From: an uncultured Gammaproteobacteria bacterium
GTDB taxonomy: Bacteria; Patescibacteriota; Patescibacteriia; UBA10025; JAHIVO01
Assembly (NCBI GenBank): GCA_964415025.1
Contig: CAYPXF010000004.1
Coordinates: 9,138-73,137 of the forward strand
Direction of reading: 5' to 3'
DNA length: 64,000 nucleotides
Shown: positions 47,201 through 57,147 of the stretch, in pieces
Layout: the number at the start of each line of letters is the position of its first letter
Numbering within the stretch: position 1 is the first letter of the stretch
Position numbers and translations under genes: made by a program
Notes under the pieces: generated by a model
What the model saw: the letters and a program-made list of their open reading frames with translations, nothing else
The model's database searches: none
What the model was told of the DNA's origin: nothing

Positions 47201-50200
47201 GATCAACTATGTCGTCGTTTTGTACGGTCACCGGAATTTCAGCGGTATATGAATTGCCGTTTGCGTCGGTCACGACTGCCCGCAATGTATAGGCACCGTT
47301 AGGATACAGTGGATCGCCGCTGCCGTCCGTATCGACCGTATTCCACGACTGGGTACAGGTCACTGACGGCGCGCCATTTGGACATGACCAGGATGACTTG
47401 CCGACAACGAGCATGATAAAGCTGCTGATCGTATTATTATCAGTAGCTTGGGCCGTTACCGGTTCCGCGGTCCCGGAAACCGTAGCGCCCTCGGCCGGCT
47501 CGATAAAGATAACAAACGGCGCTGACGTATCATTTGTGTCCGGAATAATAATAATAGCATAATCCTGACGTGTCACGTTGCCGACATTATCATACGCATG
47601 CACTGAGAAGATGTAATCACCCGGCGCGTATTCTGTAGTATCAAAGCTCCAATTCCATGAAGCGCTGTCCGTATCAGTATATTTGCGAATACCATCCACG
47701 AAAAACTCCACCCGATCCACGCCGCTGGGCGGTGTACCCTGATCAACAACTGTTACTACCAGCGGCCACGTACCTGACATATTGATCCCATCAACTACTG
47801 GCGTGCCGTTCTCATGAGTAACCTGCTGAATATCCGGCCCCTCATGGTCCTGGGCTGTTCCAGTAGCGTCGTACCGATAGTTGTAGCAGGGACATTGACT
47901 GCCGCCGCTGCCCTGACAGGCGTCACCTGCATAATTAATCAGCGTACCAGGCCCCGTATATTCCATAGTAGCAAATAAATCAGCGCTATCACCGTTTGAA
48001 TGAACCCGATACATATAAATATGAGAGCCAATCGGACACTCAAACACCTTGGTCTGATCATTCCAGCACGTATTCTGATCAAATCCATCTGCTTCGCGGC
48101 ATATTATAGGATCCGGCACATCAAACGTGTTGAGCGGATCAGTCGGCAGACCGCTCTGGGCTAGGACAGCCGGCACCAGCAGACGCTGGACCAGCGACCG
48201 GCCGGATAATTGGTCTGCCCAGGCCAATACCTGGCTGCCGAGCGTGTCCTGCCATGAGGGCCAGGCCGAGGTAGTAATCCCCTGGACAAACGTACCGCCC
48301 TCGAGCAGGGGCATAGTGCCGTTTTTCTCTTTATAATCCAGTACATATGAATGGATTTCCTCTAAGTCCTGCAACCGCTGCAGATCACGCTGCATTTTTT
48401 CCCTGGCCGTGGGCAACATATTGAGATTAAACACCCAATTAGCCAGTAATTTATTATAAATTGCGATAGTATCATTCGAAGCACCCTCGTTATATGATAT
48501 CAGATAAATATACGGCACTAATGCGCTGTTCTCTAGGTTCATAACACCGACATATACCGAGCGTCCGGCCCGCACCGCTTCAAATCCGTCCACGGTCAGC
48601 TCCTGCGGCTCTGGAGCAGTATCGCCGAATTGATTGCGGTACCACTGCCGCGGTGAACGGGTCTGTTCATTTTCTAAAATCCGGATACCAATGCCGTCAG
48701 ACGTATTATCCCGGAGCAGAAAATACTCCTTGACCACTTCATCGTCACCGTTACTATTGTCTGGACTAAACTCACGCACAATCACGTCACTGGTAGGCTT
48801 GAGCAGCGGCAAATCAGTGTTGTCGCGGCAGTACCAGGTCGAGAAATTCGCGACCATAGGCGTAGCCGGCGCTCCGTCGACCGTGTCCACCAAGCCATTG
48901 GCAATGAATGGGAACGTGTCGTTTTCCGGGGCATAGGGATGTGGCCACGGCCGCTGGCATATACCGACCGTTACCTTGGCTCGGCCGGTCTTGGTACTGC
49001 CGGTATAATTATCAGTCGCCATAATGCCGACATAGGCGCGGCCGTTCGTCGGATTAGCAGTCACGTAATCAGACCGCCCGCCGCTGCCGGCCAAATCAAT
49101 GATGTCATTGGGGTCATCCTCGGTCCAATTCGAATACGTAGCAGTCACCTCTATGCCGTCTGCGTCCACTGCCCGGGCCGTGAACAAATGCTGGTTGCCG
49201 GGGTCACCTAACAAATCATCACTGCAGCCGGTCTCCAGCGCGCAGGTAAACCGGTCTGGCGAAGAGTACTGGGCCGTGGCAGTATCTATTTGCCAGGCGA
49301 TATGGTCAATGGCGCACAACGTAGCGTCATTGGCCAGTGTCCAGGTCTGGGAATTCGATACGGCTTTTACGCCGTATTGGTTGGTAACACCTTCGGAAAC
49401 AGCTATTGTTATGGCGCTGATTGCCGCCGGATCATACACCGGATCAGGCCGGAACCTGAATCCGCTGTTATTCGGAATAATTGATCCGCTAATACTATTT
49501 CCACCCTGGTCAGTAACACTAATAGTCGTATCATCCATACTGGCCTGGTCCATGTCCACGCCAAACGTATCAAATGTGTAGTTTATTACCTGGTTTGTAC
49601 AATGTATCGTACTGCCTGGAGTCGGAATGGCGCTGTCAAACGTCGGCCGCTGGTAGCAGCACCGCGGATTATCATTACCGCAGCCGACAACAGTTGGATC
49701 ACCGCATTCATTATCATTAACACAGCCGCAGTATAATCCTCGTTCTGACCCCGTACATAACCCTTTGTCCGGATAACATTCGAGATTGCCGTGTGTTTGT
49801 GCCGGATTAGCGTCACAACACACGCGGCAGTCATCACCGTAAGGCGGCGGCTCTGGCGGGGGCGGCACCAGTGATGACGTGTCGCCAGTACTACTGTAGC
49901 AATCATACTTACCGGCCGCGACTGCCGGACCAGTAGCACAATTCGGATTTTCCGGTGTCTGGGGAGTGCTATCATTTTCCCTGATACGGCATAGCTGACC
50001 AGGCGACCCATTACTGCACTCGGCCGCGTCCTGGCAAATATTATTTTTACAGCAGCCAGTGGCACAATCAGTATCTGCAGCACAACTGATGCCAAACTCC
50101 AACGCATTTGAAGCGCATCCCTGTACCTCTACTCTAGCCGGTCCGGTCTGGGCATTAGGCGGTACGAGAGCGCCCTCATATGTAGTGCCGGTACCGCTGC

Positions 50201-53200
50201 CCGAATTTTCATCTATAAAACCACCTGCTCCATCAGAAAACTGCGCGTGTGTGTTTGGCGGCGAACCAACGAGATTAAAACCGTTAAATTTCACAACATC
50301 GCCCTCCTTGCCGCTCGGGGGCTCTAGCGGCGGACATAAACCAGGCAGGCCTGATGCTGGTACACTGGCACCCCCGGCACATAAGTTAGTGATAGTGAAA
50401 TCACGCGTATCTCCAGACTCTGGGGAATGCCCGCTGTCAGTCGTTACACTCACCGGGATCATGCCGGTTGCCTGGATCGGATTTTGGACAATAATCCGTG
50501 AGTCAGTCCAGCTGGTATTGCCGCATACTGGCGGGGCAATGTCGCTGCCAAACTCGACAAAACCAGACCCCTGCGTATCACCAAAATAACAGCCATTCAC
50601 CGTCACGATTGTCTCGTGCGGACCGGACGAGGGGCTTAGTGCTGTTACTGCCGGCGTGCAGCGGTTGGTAACGGGATCACATACTGAATTACTGCCTGGG
50701 CAATTATCCTGGCAATGCTGGTCTGTCTCGCAATCAGTAATAGTTAATTCGCCCTGGGTAATGGCACTGTTTGTGCCGTCTGTAGCAGTGACATCAACAT
50801 AGACCGGATCGTTGTCAGTGCGGTTTTCGGTCAAAATCTCCGCGGTATTCAAAATAGTAGTGCTGACTAAAGCCCGGTCAGGACTGCGGGCCAGCGGATC
50901 AGTAATGCCCCAATTCCAGGAATACCCAGTTGGGTCGAGGATCTGGCCGGACGGATCACAGCTGTCCGGTGAGCCGAGCGCCTGGGCATGATAATTAATC
51001 GTATTGTTAATCGCTTCCTGCTTTGTCTCCGGTGTAATATCAATACTGGCAATCTGGCACAGATTTGGGTCGTCCTTGGTCTGAAACGTCCAGGAAAACG
51101 CGTCATTCACATTATCATCATTAGAATCATAATTCAATCCGGTGAGACTGCCTCCCGTACTATTAGTAATCGTTCCGTCCAGCACCACACGATACCGCTG
51201 ATTCTGGACAAAGGGCGGCGTATCGAGCACTACCTGAAAAATTGTGTACGGATTCAAATAACTAGCTACGATACTGTCTAGCGCTACTGGTGTGAGCACA
51301 GTGCAAGCTGTATCGCCGCACGTATATACATGTACGTTAGCTGTATCCATACTAGCTGATACGTCCTTACTAATTAGTCCACCGATATTAGCATTGACAC
51401 AGGCGCTACTACAGGTAGGAGCGTACCATAACATGACAGAGCCCTCTGGCGGGATTGGCAGAATTTCAAACGGCAACCGGTTGGTTGAGCCGGCATCATT
51501 CTGTATCCAGACGTCATTTGATCCATAATCCAGTGGATCCACGACATTGGGCGTGTCGCCACGTGCTTCATTATCAGCCCAGGCTGTCACCGTCGCTAAT
51601 TTATCATTCATTAATTCAAAATGGATATCTTGGATAGCGCTGGCCGCGTCAAACCGGATACCGGTCGCGCGGACAGGAGTGAGATTAGGATAGCCGACGT
51701 CCGGAATCAGATCATAGAGACACGGTCCGGTGGCCTCGCCAGTGCCATTGATATAAAAAGTGGCAGGATTGCTCTCAATCGGCGGATCATATTCTGGATC
51801 GTCATAATCTATCTCCACCGTAATATCTGGATGTTCTGGCGTCGGGACAAATGCATACGGCGGATTTGGTACCGTGGTTGTCAGCCACGTGCCGTCAGCA
51901 TCTGATCCCTCAACCGTAGCCGTGATTTCGCCGTGATTACTATGATCAAACGTAATCTCTGGTACGGCGCTATGATTTGTCGTCCCCTTAAAACAGCGTC
52001 CGCTGATAGTCAGACATTCGCCGTTTAAGCCCTGGTTCGGACTTAATCCCGCAATAACCGGCTCGCACGCGCAGGCCTCTTGCGTCGCTGTGGTAAATTG
52101 CCATGTCTTATCTAGCGTATTACCATCAATATCCATGACCATGTTCGTATCCACGAGTACGTCAAAGGTCGTATTCGTCGGGAGAGGAACTGCCGGATGT
52201 ACCACAAAATGTTTGTTTTCCAGCGCCGGAGTAGACGGATTATAATCAGCCACTTCTAATCTGTTACCATTGCCGTCAGTTATCTGCTGTTCCAGATTAT
52301 ACGGCCGAATCGGACCGATATTGATGTTATAGCTGGCTCCATCAGTCACGGTAAATGACACCTCCTGGTAAAACATGCTGGTATTGAACACAATGCCGAT
52401 ATCAGTATCTGGACACGCCTTATTGTTTTTCGGATACCAGGTGGCTACGCCGGGCATTTTATCATTGGTCTGGAATTCCCAGTCCACACCCGCAGCCATG
52501 GGATTACTGCACAGGTCTTCGACATTAGCAACCATAATGCGATACCAGGTAAATGATTCCAGCGGATTAATCATGGGATCCTCAATATATACCTCAAATC
52601 CCGTACCGTCCGCCGTTTGAGAAACTGACAGCTGGTTATTTGGGTATGTTCCGACAACTGCACCGTTCTCACCGTCTAACTGCTCCAATACAAAGTTACC
52701 GGCAATCGGCCGGCCGCTGGCGTCAATAATAGTTGTATCATCGATTGACTCATTGAATTTTACGGTCATAATCGGGGTACGGTCGACGTACCTGTTGGGA
52801 TACTGTGGATGGGTGCGTAATTGCGGATACGCGGTTACTATTTCCGGTGGCACGTCATCGACCGTGTCGTTTGTCTCAAATGTCCACTCATACCTGCTTT
52901 CGCCGCCATTATACGTACAAAATGGCGCAGTACAATCATCTAATGTCAGCCCGGCCGTATCAGCTATAGACTCCGGCATCCATAATGCATGATCGTGAAA
53001 TGCTTCAAATAAGCTGTTCGGGTGCTTAAACGTGACTGATTTGCGCCGGGTAACCCAATCCCCGGTCACCTGCACCGCTGGGCTGGACCCGGTATCACGT
53101 ACCTGGATAGTGTTATTGGTAATGGCATCTTGGATTGTCTGATCATCAACATCATGGTTAAACAGCGACTTAACCGCGCTGCAGCGGTGCACGTCCAGAT

Positions 53201-53753
53201 GCGGATCAGCCCCGTCATGGGCTGTCTGAAATTCACGCAAGGCGAATTGTTGTGGAGTAAGCATACAACCCGAAATATCTTGCCATACCCACACACCGCC
53301 AATACATAACTCACAAGCGCCCCGCCATGTACCGTCAACACACGGACTGGGTCCGCCGGTCAGATCCAGTGTCTGCTCGATGATAAAGGTGACTATAGCC
53401 CAGGCCAGGAGCACGATCACCAGACCGATCACTGCCCTGGTGATAATCTTCTTCGCCTTGGCGACCTTGTCCTGGTTACCAGCCGCGGTCATCCACACAA
53501 ATCCGCCGTACAATATCATGATCACGGCCACCAAACCCAAAAAGCCCAACGCCCACTGGACTATACTAATAATAGTCGAAACCAGATCCGCCGTACCCAG
53601 ACCAAAGGTCGTACCCATGGCCGGATCAACATCGACCTGGGCAATGGCCGTATCAGTACCCAGATAAAACGCTCCCAACATCAGTAATATGATGCAGCAG
53701 CCGATGCCCAGAACGATCCCGGCAAAAAAAGTATTTTTATTCTTTCCTCCCAT
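44298..53753 (-). CDS. Giant cysteine-rich cell-surface protein (3151 aa)
   Basis: A single uninterrupted ORF. The N-terminus has two long hydrophobic helices separated by a short Lys-rich loop (TIISIVQWALGFLGLVAVIMILYGGFVWMTAAGNQDKVAKAKKIITRAVIGLVIVLLAWAIVTFII). Multiple Ig-like/beta-sandwich segments follow. Myxococcus-type Cys-rich repeats occur (CGDGIVTPHLGEECDGEDLNGQSC; CGNITIDPNEDCDGSNLNGMTC). A C-terminal Cys-dense region contains DDGNPCT/DDGNVCT modules. Confidence 0.7.
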   Translation of the reverse strand: MGGKNKNTFFAGIVLGIGCCIILLMLGAFYLGTDTAIAQVDVDPAMGTTFGLGTADLVSTIISIVQWALGFLGLVAVIMILYGGFVWMTAAGNQDKVAKAKKIITRAVIGLVIVLLAWAIVTFIIEQTLDLTGGPSPCVDGTWRGACELCIGGVWVWQDISGCMLTPQQFALREFQTAHDGADPHLDVHRCSAVKSLFNHDVDDQTIQDAITNNTIQVRDTGSSPAVQVTGDWVTRRKSVTFKHPNSLFEAFHDHALWMPESIADTAGLTLDDCTAPFCTYNGGESRYEWTFETNDTVDDVPPEIVTAYPQLRTHPQYPNRYVDRTPIMTVKFNESIDDTTIIDASGRPIAGNFVLEQLDGENGAVVGTYPNNQLSVSQTADGTGFEVYIEDPMINPLESFTWYRIMVANVEDLCSNPMAAGVDWEFQTNDKMPGVATWYPKNNKACPDTDIGIVFNTSMFYQEVSFTVTDGASYNINIGPIRPYNLEQQITDGNGNRLEVADYNPSTPALENKHFVVHPAVPLPTNTTFDVLVDTNMVMDIDGNTLDKTWQFTTATQEACACEPVIAGLSPNQGLNGECLTISGRCFKGTTNHSAVPEITFDHSNHGEITATVEGSDADGTWLTTTVPNPPYAFVPTPEHPDITVEIDYDDPEYDPPIESNPATFYINGTGEATGPCLYDLIPDVGYPNLTPVRATGIRFDAASAIQDIHFELMNDKLATVTAWADNEARGDTPNVVDPLDYGSNDVWIQNDAGSTNRLPFEILPIPPEGSVMLWYAPTCSSACVNANIGGLISKDVSASMDTANVHVYTCGDTACTVLTPVALDSIVASYLNPYTIFQVVLDTPPFVQNQRYRVVLDGTITNSTGGSLTGLNYDSNDDNVNDAFSWTFQTKDDPNLCQIASIDITPETKQEAINNTINYHAQALGSPDSCDPSGQILDPTGYSWNWGITDPLARSPDRALVSTTILNTAEILTENRTDNDPVYVDVTATDGTNSAITQGELTITDCETDQHCQDNCPGSNSVCDPVTNRCTPAVTALSPSSGPHETIVTVNGCYFGDTQGSGFVEFGSDIAPPVCGNTSWTDSRIIVQNPIQATGMIPVSVTTDSGHSPESGDTRDFTITNLCAGGASVPASGLPGLCPPLEPPSGKEGDVVKFNGFNLVGSPPNTHAQFSDGAGGFIDENSGSGTGTTYEGALVPPNAQTGPARVEVQGCASNALEFGISCAADTDCATGCCKNNICQDAAECSNGSPGQLCRIRENDSTPQTPENPNCATGPAVAAGKYDCYSSTGDTSSLVPPPPEPPPYGDDCRVCCDANPAQTHGNLECYPDKGLCTGSERGLYCGCVNDNECGDPTVVGCGNDNPRCCYQRPTFDSAIPTPGSTIHCTNQVINYTFDTFGVDMDQASMDDTTISVTDQGGNSISGSIIPNNSGFRFRPDPVYDPAAISAITIAVSEGVTNQYGVKAVSNSQTWTLANDATLCAIDHIAWQIDTATAQYSSPDRFTCALETGCSDDLLGDPGNQHLFTARAVDADGIEVTATYSNWTEDDPNDIIDLAGSGGRSDYVTANPTNGRAYVGIMATDNYTGSTKTGRAKVTVGICQRPWPHPYAPENDTFPFIANGLVDTVDGAPATPMVANFSTWYCRDNTDLPLLKPTSDVIVREFSPDNSNGDDEVVKEYFLLRDNTSDGIGIRILENEQTRSPRQWYRNQFGDTAPEPQELTVDGFEAVRAGRSVYVGVMNLENSALVPYIYLISYNEGASNDTIAIYNKLLANWVFNLNMLPTAREKMQRDLQRLQDLEEIHSYVLDYKEKNGTMPLLEGGTFVQGITTSAWPSWQDTLGSQVLAWADQLSGRSLVQRLLVPAVLAQSGLPTDPLNTFDVPDPIICREADGFDQNTCWNDQTKVFECPIGSHIYMYRVHSNGDSADLFATMEYTGPGTLINYAGDACQGSGGSQCPCYNYRYDATGTAQDHEGPDIQQVTHENGTPVVDGINMSGTWPLVVTVVDQGTPPSGVDRVEFFVDGIRKYTDTDSASWNWSFDTTEYAPGDYIFSVHAYDNVGNVTRQDYAIIIIPDTNDTSAPFVIFIEPAEGATVSGTAEPVTAQATDNNTISSFIMLVVGKSSWSCPNGAPSVTCTQSWNTVDTDGSGDPLYPNGAYTLRAVVTDANGNSYTAEIPVTVQNDDIVDPSVSIDTPTNGQTLNANITATGSVTDDQHVNRVEVYVDDILRGNATIDEGANTWSWDWQIGQFTNAPHRLTVIAYDDAGNTAAGQINVIINNTADDNEKPRVVFTRPQTPVYGADVFGNTTLTVDATDNIGIVQVNFYRDYIIRHTDVAPDYAWTFDPEKISAGWHTFQVDAIDAAGNRSEAIEIRLNIRGGGAPMCGDGIVTPHLGEECDGEDLNGQSCVTLGYDCGDLECVEAGAGNECRFNESQCVDATCGNGIIECNEQCEAASDCSCGTGVPQCNNCTCSCTECTPNDTRQCGQTDVGECSFGTQTCTAAGNWGSCIGAIYPTQEECFNSLDDDCDGAIDMADSDCATTCTDGDTQCVGSQKTQTCVGGVWVDDTFEKINDCSFPRWKGDCTLGSSCYGGTVACQDYGQAQVYCMNTSGTIQCNATCQSGFSDLYQTCCVDCNAQADPDGWCADTDPCTNDQCEADGSCSHTPVAEGTSCGTGQLCCGSPPICMTTASCGECSGQPDGTTCTDDGNVCTDDTCQGGTCTHSANNASCDDGNPCTTGDQCSGGSCQLATDRHNVLEPACGPLNNMCCSGNCAYRCQNDADCDDGNSGTTDTCVNGGTCNAICQYAMASNCGNITIDPNEDCDGSNLNGMTCEDFGYAGGTLGCVAPGSAQECTYDFSSCTLGCTGQPDGKDCRISGSLRNGVCKSNVCLDYSYRIDISSTGAPAIVNEYLMIEDQGIASAVSDSAPGIVYVANNNSANPELKEILLVQATIAGIRYDLYGRNNSGGSWTSDVTVEVKNQATTPIYSVTPDLTCAAYPWWQIARFTFSTAGGFGSWNEVNRQVSTYTPNASSANMDIMGMPYRGDRDYCCVDNSQCVIETTCNTGTNRCNRYCGDGVCDYIVEDPNTCPDDCGTDWCAYECDKSFGPTNVSGEMCVATKGECGDQKYECSPPDDTLPGCFNYCCCLLKNNDCPF

Positions 53754-53801
53754 AATGTATGTATGGTACCGAACGGCCTGTCCTCACGGACAGGAATATA
53801 T

Positions 53802-54251
53802 TTATGAATTATTGACCTTTTGTTTGACAATGTCTGAAACTGCCTGGCCATCAGCCTGGCCCTGGATACGAGCCATGACCTGTTTCATGACTCCGCCTAT
53901 GTTTTTCTCCGCCTGATCAATAGAGTCCAGAACCTCATCTACTATCTCACTGATCTTTTCCTCGGATAGCTGGTCAGGCAGATATTGTTTGATAATACTA
54001 AGCTCGGTCTGTTCCTTATCAGCCAGTTCCTGGCGTCCGCCCTGCTCATATGCCTGGATTGAATCTTTACGCTTCTTGGCTTCACTGCCTAATACTTTGA
54101 GGGTCTCTGCATCTGACAGAACGTCTTTTTTCAGCTCGATAGCTTTATTATGCAGAGCTGACTTGAGCATACGCAAAACAGAGACTGTTACCGCCTCTTT
54201 TTGCTTCATGGCCTCTGTGATGTCGGCCGCTAGTTTGTCAGCGATGCTCAT
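53802..54251 (-). CDS. yqeY: GatB/YqeY-domain protein
   Basis: It shows YqeY-like helical-domain similarity and lies immediately downstream of rpsU, as in Firmicutes. Confidence 0.75.
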   Translation of the reverse strand: MSIADKLAADITEAMKQKEAVTVSVLRMLKSALHNKAIELKKDVLSDAETLKVLGSEAKKRKDSIQAYEQGGRQELADKEQTELSIIKQYLPDQLSEEKISEIVDEVLDSIDQAEKNIGGVMKQVMARIQGQADGQAVSDIVKQKVNNS

Positions 54252-54294
54252 GCCCGAAATTTGATTTGTTTTTTATGGTGAGCGGGCGTCTGTC

Positions 54295-54582
54295 CTATTT
54301 GCGGACTTTTGCCTGCAGCAATTTTTTGATCGTGCCGCGTTTATTCGGCCTGCGTGGATCGATAAAGTCTTCTAGCTTGCCAATTTTACGAAGGTATTCT
54401 TTTTTCTCTTTTATCTCCTTGCGGCGGGCAGCGGTTTCGCGCTCCTCACGCTTACTGCTTTTTGGCTGATAAAAGCGGTTGCCTTTGGCGCGCAACAGCA
54501 CGCCGCTGGACTGCACCTTTTTCGTAAACCGACGCATCAAATTTTCTGGCGATTCGCCGTCTTTTCTGGTTACTTCAACCAC
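54295..54582 (-). CDS. rpsU: 30S ribosomal protein S21 (GTG start)
   Basis: The product is basic and S21-like (V.V...E..E.ALRRF.K......G). GGAGGTGA sits 9 nt before the GTG. Confidence 0.65.
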   Translation of the reverse strand: MVEVTRKDGESPENLMRRFTKKVQSSGVLLRAKGNRFYQPKSSKREERETAARRKEIKEKKEYLRKIGKLEDFIDPRRPNKRGTIKKLLQAKVRK

Positions 54583-54642
54583 GAAATATTGTCACCTCCC
54601 CTGAATAGGGTATTAATAATTATTGTGAATAAAACTAGACTT

Positions 54643-54672
54643 AATATACCATATTGCACCGACTAGTGTCAA
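54643..54672 (-). promoter_or_regulatory. Candidate promoter for rpsU-yqeY: TTGACA, 18-nt spacer, TGG-TATATT (minus sense)
   Basis: On the minus strand TTGACA lies at 54672-54667 and TGnTATATT at 54651-54643. Confidence 0.4.
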
Positions 54673-54724
54673 TTAATCGGTAACGGCTTCGGATACAGGG
54701 CCTGCATATAGGCTGTATAAGCGG

Positions 54725-55069
54725 CTATCCAAGCGGTGGCAAGAGTTTGCCGCCCAGCAAATGCCAGTGCAAATGTTTTACTTGCTGTCCTGCATCAGGG
54801 CCAGTATTAGCTAAGATTCGGTATCCGCTTTCAGCTATACCCATGTCTGCGGCCACAGACTTCAGCTGGCGTACCATACGGCCAACCAGATCATCATGAG
54901 ACGCGTCTATTTGGTTGAGCGACGGGATGTGCTCTTTTGGTACGGCCAATATATGGGCCGGAGCCTGGGGCTGGATATCCTTAAATATGATAAAATCCTC
55001 TGCTTCATGCAGCGTATCGGCTTCTGTTTCGTGGCGGACAATTTTACAAAAAATGCATTTATCTGACAT
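54725..55069 (-). CDS. HIT-family (histidine triad) nucleotide hydrolase
   Basis: The histidine triad HLHWHLLGG is present. The protein is 114 aa long. Confidence 0.85.
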   Translation of the reverse strand: MSDKCIFCKIVRHETEADTLHEAEDFIIFKDIQPQAPAHILAVPKEHIPSLNQIDASHDDLVGRMVRQLKSVAADMGIAESGYRILANTGPDAGQQVKHLHWHLLGGKLLPPLG

Positions 55070-55082
55070 AAGTGATGAATAT

Positions 55083-56441
55083 TTATGAATTATCTTTTTT
55101 CTCTACGACGTTGCTTTTCTGGAGGCGCTTTTCCAGCTCCGGCACCAGCCGCTGATAATCAACCGTTTCCTGGAGGCCGCTCTCCATATCACGGATCAGG
55201 ATGGTATTATCCATGATTTCTTTTTGTCCGAGAATAACTGCAAACTTGGCCCCGCGCTTATTCGCCAGCTCCATCTGCGCCTTGAGTCCGTCCTTGGAAA
55301 AGTTTTCCCCGACCTGAAATCCTGATTGCCGAAGTTCTTCGAATAGTTTGAGGGATTTTTTACGGGCAGCGTCACCGAGCTGCGCCACAAAAACATCTGG
55401 ATGTGCTGCTGGCGGTTTGGGGACATCGCGCTCTTTCATCGCCATGATCAGGCGCTCAATACCACTGGCAAAACCGATCGCCGGCGTGGCCTGCCCTCCC
55501 AGCATTTTTATCAGCAGGTCATACCGTCCGCCGCCGCCAAGGGCTGATTGGGCTGACGATTTGATGGCCGCCTCATCGTCTGGCTGATCCGACTGCGGCC
55601 AGAGCTCAAACACCGTACCGGTGTAATAATCCAAACCGCGGACCAGGCGCGGATTGAGGACATAGGGAATCTCGAGTTCATCGAGATGCTCCAGCACCTT
55701 TACAAAATGTTGGTGTGATTCTTCGTCCAAATGATCGACAATCTGCGGAGCGTCCTGCGCCAGAATTTGGGCGTCGGGGTCTTTTGAATCCAAGAGGCGC
55801 AACGGATTTGTTTGCAGGCGCTGCTGGTCTTCCTCTGATAATGATTTTTTACGAGGTTTATAATAATCCAGCAGTATCTTCTTATACTGATTACGGCACT
55901 CTGGCGTGCCAATACTGTTTACCTGCAGTGAGACTGGCAGTCCTATTTCATCATAAAAACGATACGCCATCATCAGGAGCTGCGCGTCAATGACTGGATG
56001 ATTGTCGCCGATAGCCTCAAATCCAAACTGAAAAAACTGCCGATACCGACCGGCCTGGGGACGGTCATACCGGAAAAAGGGGCCGCGATAGTAGAGCTTC
56101 ACCGGCTGGGACCTGTTCAACATGCCATGCTCTATATAGGCGCGTACCACCCCTGCTGTCCCCTCCGGACGAAGTGAGACGCTGTCACCGCCTTTGTCAG
56201 TAAAGGTATACATTTCTTTTTCGATAATATCAGTCGCTTCGCCAACAGAACGGATAAACAAATCTGTTTCCTCGAGCAAGGGAGTATCAATCCGGCCAAA
56301 CCCATAGGCCTGCGCCATGGTATCTACAATATGCCTAATTTTTTCCCAATACGGCTGGTCTTCGGGCAGGATGTCCTTCATGCCGCGTAATAACTGGAAT
56401 GATTTTTTCTTTTTGGTTCTGTTGTTTCCCTTAGTGCTCAT
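55083..56441 (-). CDS. hisS: Histidyl-tRNA synthetase
   Basis: Class II motifs are present: motif 2 (FRYDRPQAGRYRQFFQFG) and motif 3 (GGGGRYDLL). The protein is 452 aa long. Confidence 0.9.
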   Translation of the reverse strand: MSTKGNNRTKKKKSFQLLRGMKDILPEDQPYWEKIRHIVDTMAQAYGFGRIDTPLLEETDLFIRSVGEATDIIEKEMYTFTDKGGDSVSLRPEGTAGVVRAYIEHGMLNRSQPVKLYYRGPFFRYDRPQAGRYRQFFQFGFEAIGDNHPVIDAQLLMMAYRFYDEIGLPVSLQVNSIGTPECRNQYKKILLDYYKPRKKSLSEEDQQRLQTNPLRLLDSKDPDAQILAQDAPQIVDHLDEESHQHFVKVLEHLDELEIPYVLNPRLVRGLDYYTGTVFELWPQSDQPDDEAAIKSSAQSALGGGGRYDLLIKMLGGQATPAIGFASGIERLIMAMKERDVPKPPAAHPDVFVAQLGDAARKKSLKLFEELRQSGFQVGENFSKDGLKAQMELANKRGAKFAVILGQKEIMDNTILIRDMESGLQETVDYQRLVPELEKRLQKSNVVEKKDNS

Positions 56442-56458
56442 AGTATCCTTGATATGGA

Positions 56459-57124
56459 TTAATTAAATAAATATACTGGCGGGGCAAAGTGGCTAAATTC
56501 CTCAAACGGCCACACCCGTAACCAGGCTCGGCCGACAATATTATCTTCTGGCAGCGGGCCAAAACTCCTCGAATCCAGACTGACCGATCGGTTGTCGCCC
56601 ATGACATAATACTCGTCGCTATCGAGTGTAGCGGATTTGGTACCGCTGGTATACACTCCTTCGCCTAAATATGTTTCTTCCAAAACAATCCCGTCAGGAT
56701 ACTGCTGATTTCGTATCATCACTTCTCCATTACGAATCTCCAGTGTTTCTCCGGGCAGACCAATAATCCGTTTGATCAAATAATCTGTCTGGGTAGTAAC
56801 CGGTTTGATAACAACGACTTCGCCGCGTTTTGGCTCGGTAAAACGGTACGTAATCTCATCAATGATCAAATACTGGTTATCGTAAAACGAAGGCTCCATC
56901 GAAGCGCCCCGCACATAAAACGGCTGAAATAAGAAGTAGCGTACCGGAATGATAATGGCCAGGGCGATTAATATTATTTTGAGCAGCTCAATAACAAATC
57001 CCTTCGGGGATTTGGCAAACTCCGGAATCTCTTCTTCTGATTTTTTCTTTTTTATGTCTGCGGGTTCTGAACCGCTAAATGTAAGTCTCATTATAGTATC
57101 GTAATAGTGAGGACTGCCGCTCAA
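56459..57124 (-). CDS. lepB: Signal peptidase I
   Basis: The S26 catalytic boxes are present (GASMEPSF, box E GDNRSVSLDSR). It has an N-terminal TM. Confidence 0.85.
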   Translation of the reverse strand: MSGSPHYYDTIMRLTFSGSEPADIKKKKSEEEIPEFAKSPKGFVIELLKIILIALAIIIPVRYFLFQPFYVRGASMEPSFYDNQYLIIDEITYRFTEPKRGEVVVIKPVTTQTDYLIKRIIGLPGETLEIRNGEVMIRNQQYPDGIVLEETYLGEGVYTSGTKSATLDSDEYYVMGDNRSVSLDSRSFGPLPEDNIVGRAWLRVWPFEEFSHFAPPVYLFN

Positions 57125-57147
57125 ACAAAAAATAAATTTGTTTCAAT

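Noticed and set aside
45597-50589. Several 150-215-aa ORFs on both strands inside the giant gene (for example 45597..46244 +, 46548..47081 +, 49586..50107 -, 50059..50589 +)
   Set aside because: They are antisense or out-of-frame shadows of the 9.4-kb ORF, and their products are low-complexity Arg/Ala/Thr-rich.
53754-53801. Hairpin CCTGTCC-TCACG-GGACAGG as the terminator of yqeY
   Set aside because: No U-tract follows on the minus strand. It may be an RNA structure in the giant-gene 5' region, but the evidence for a terminator is insufficient.
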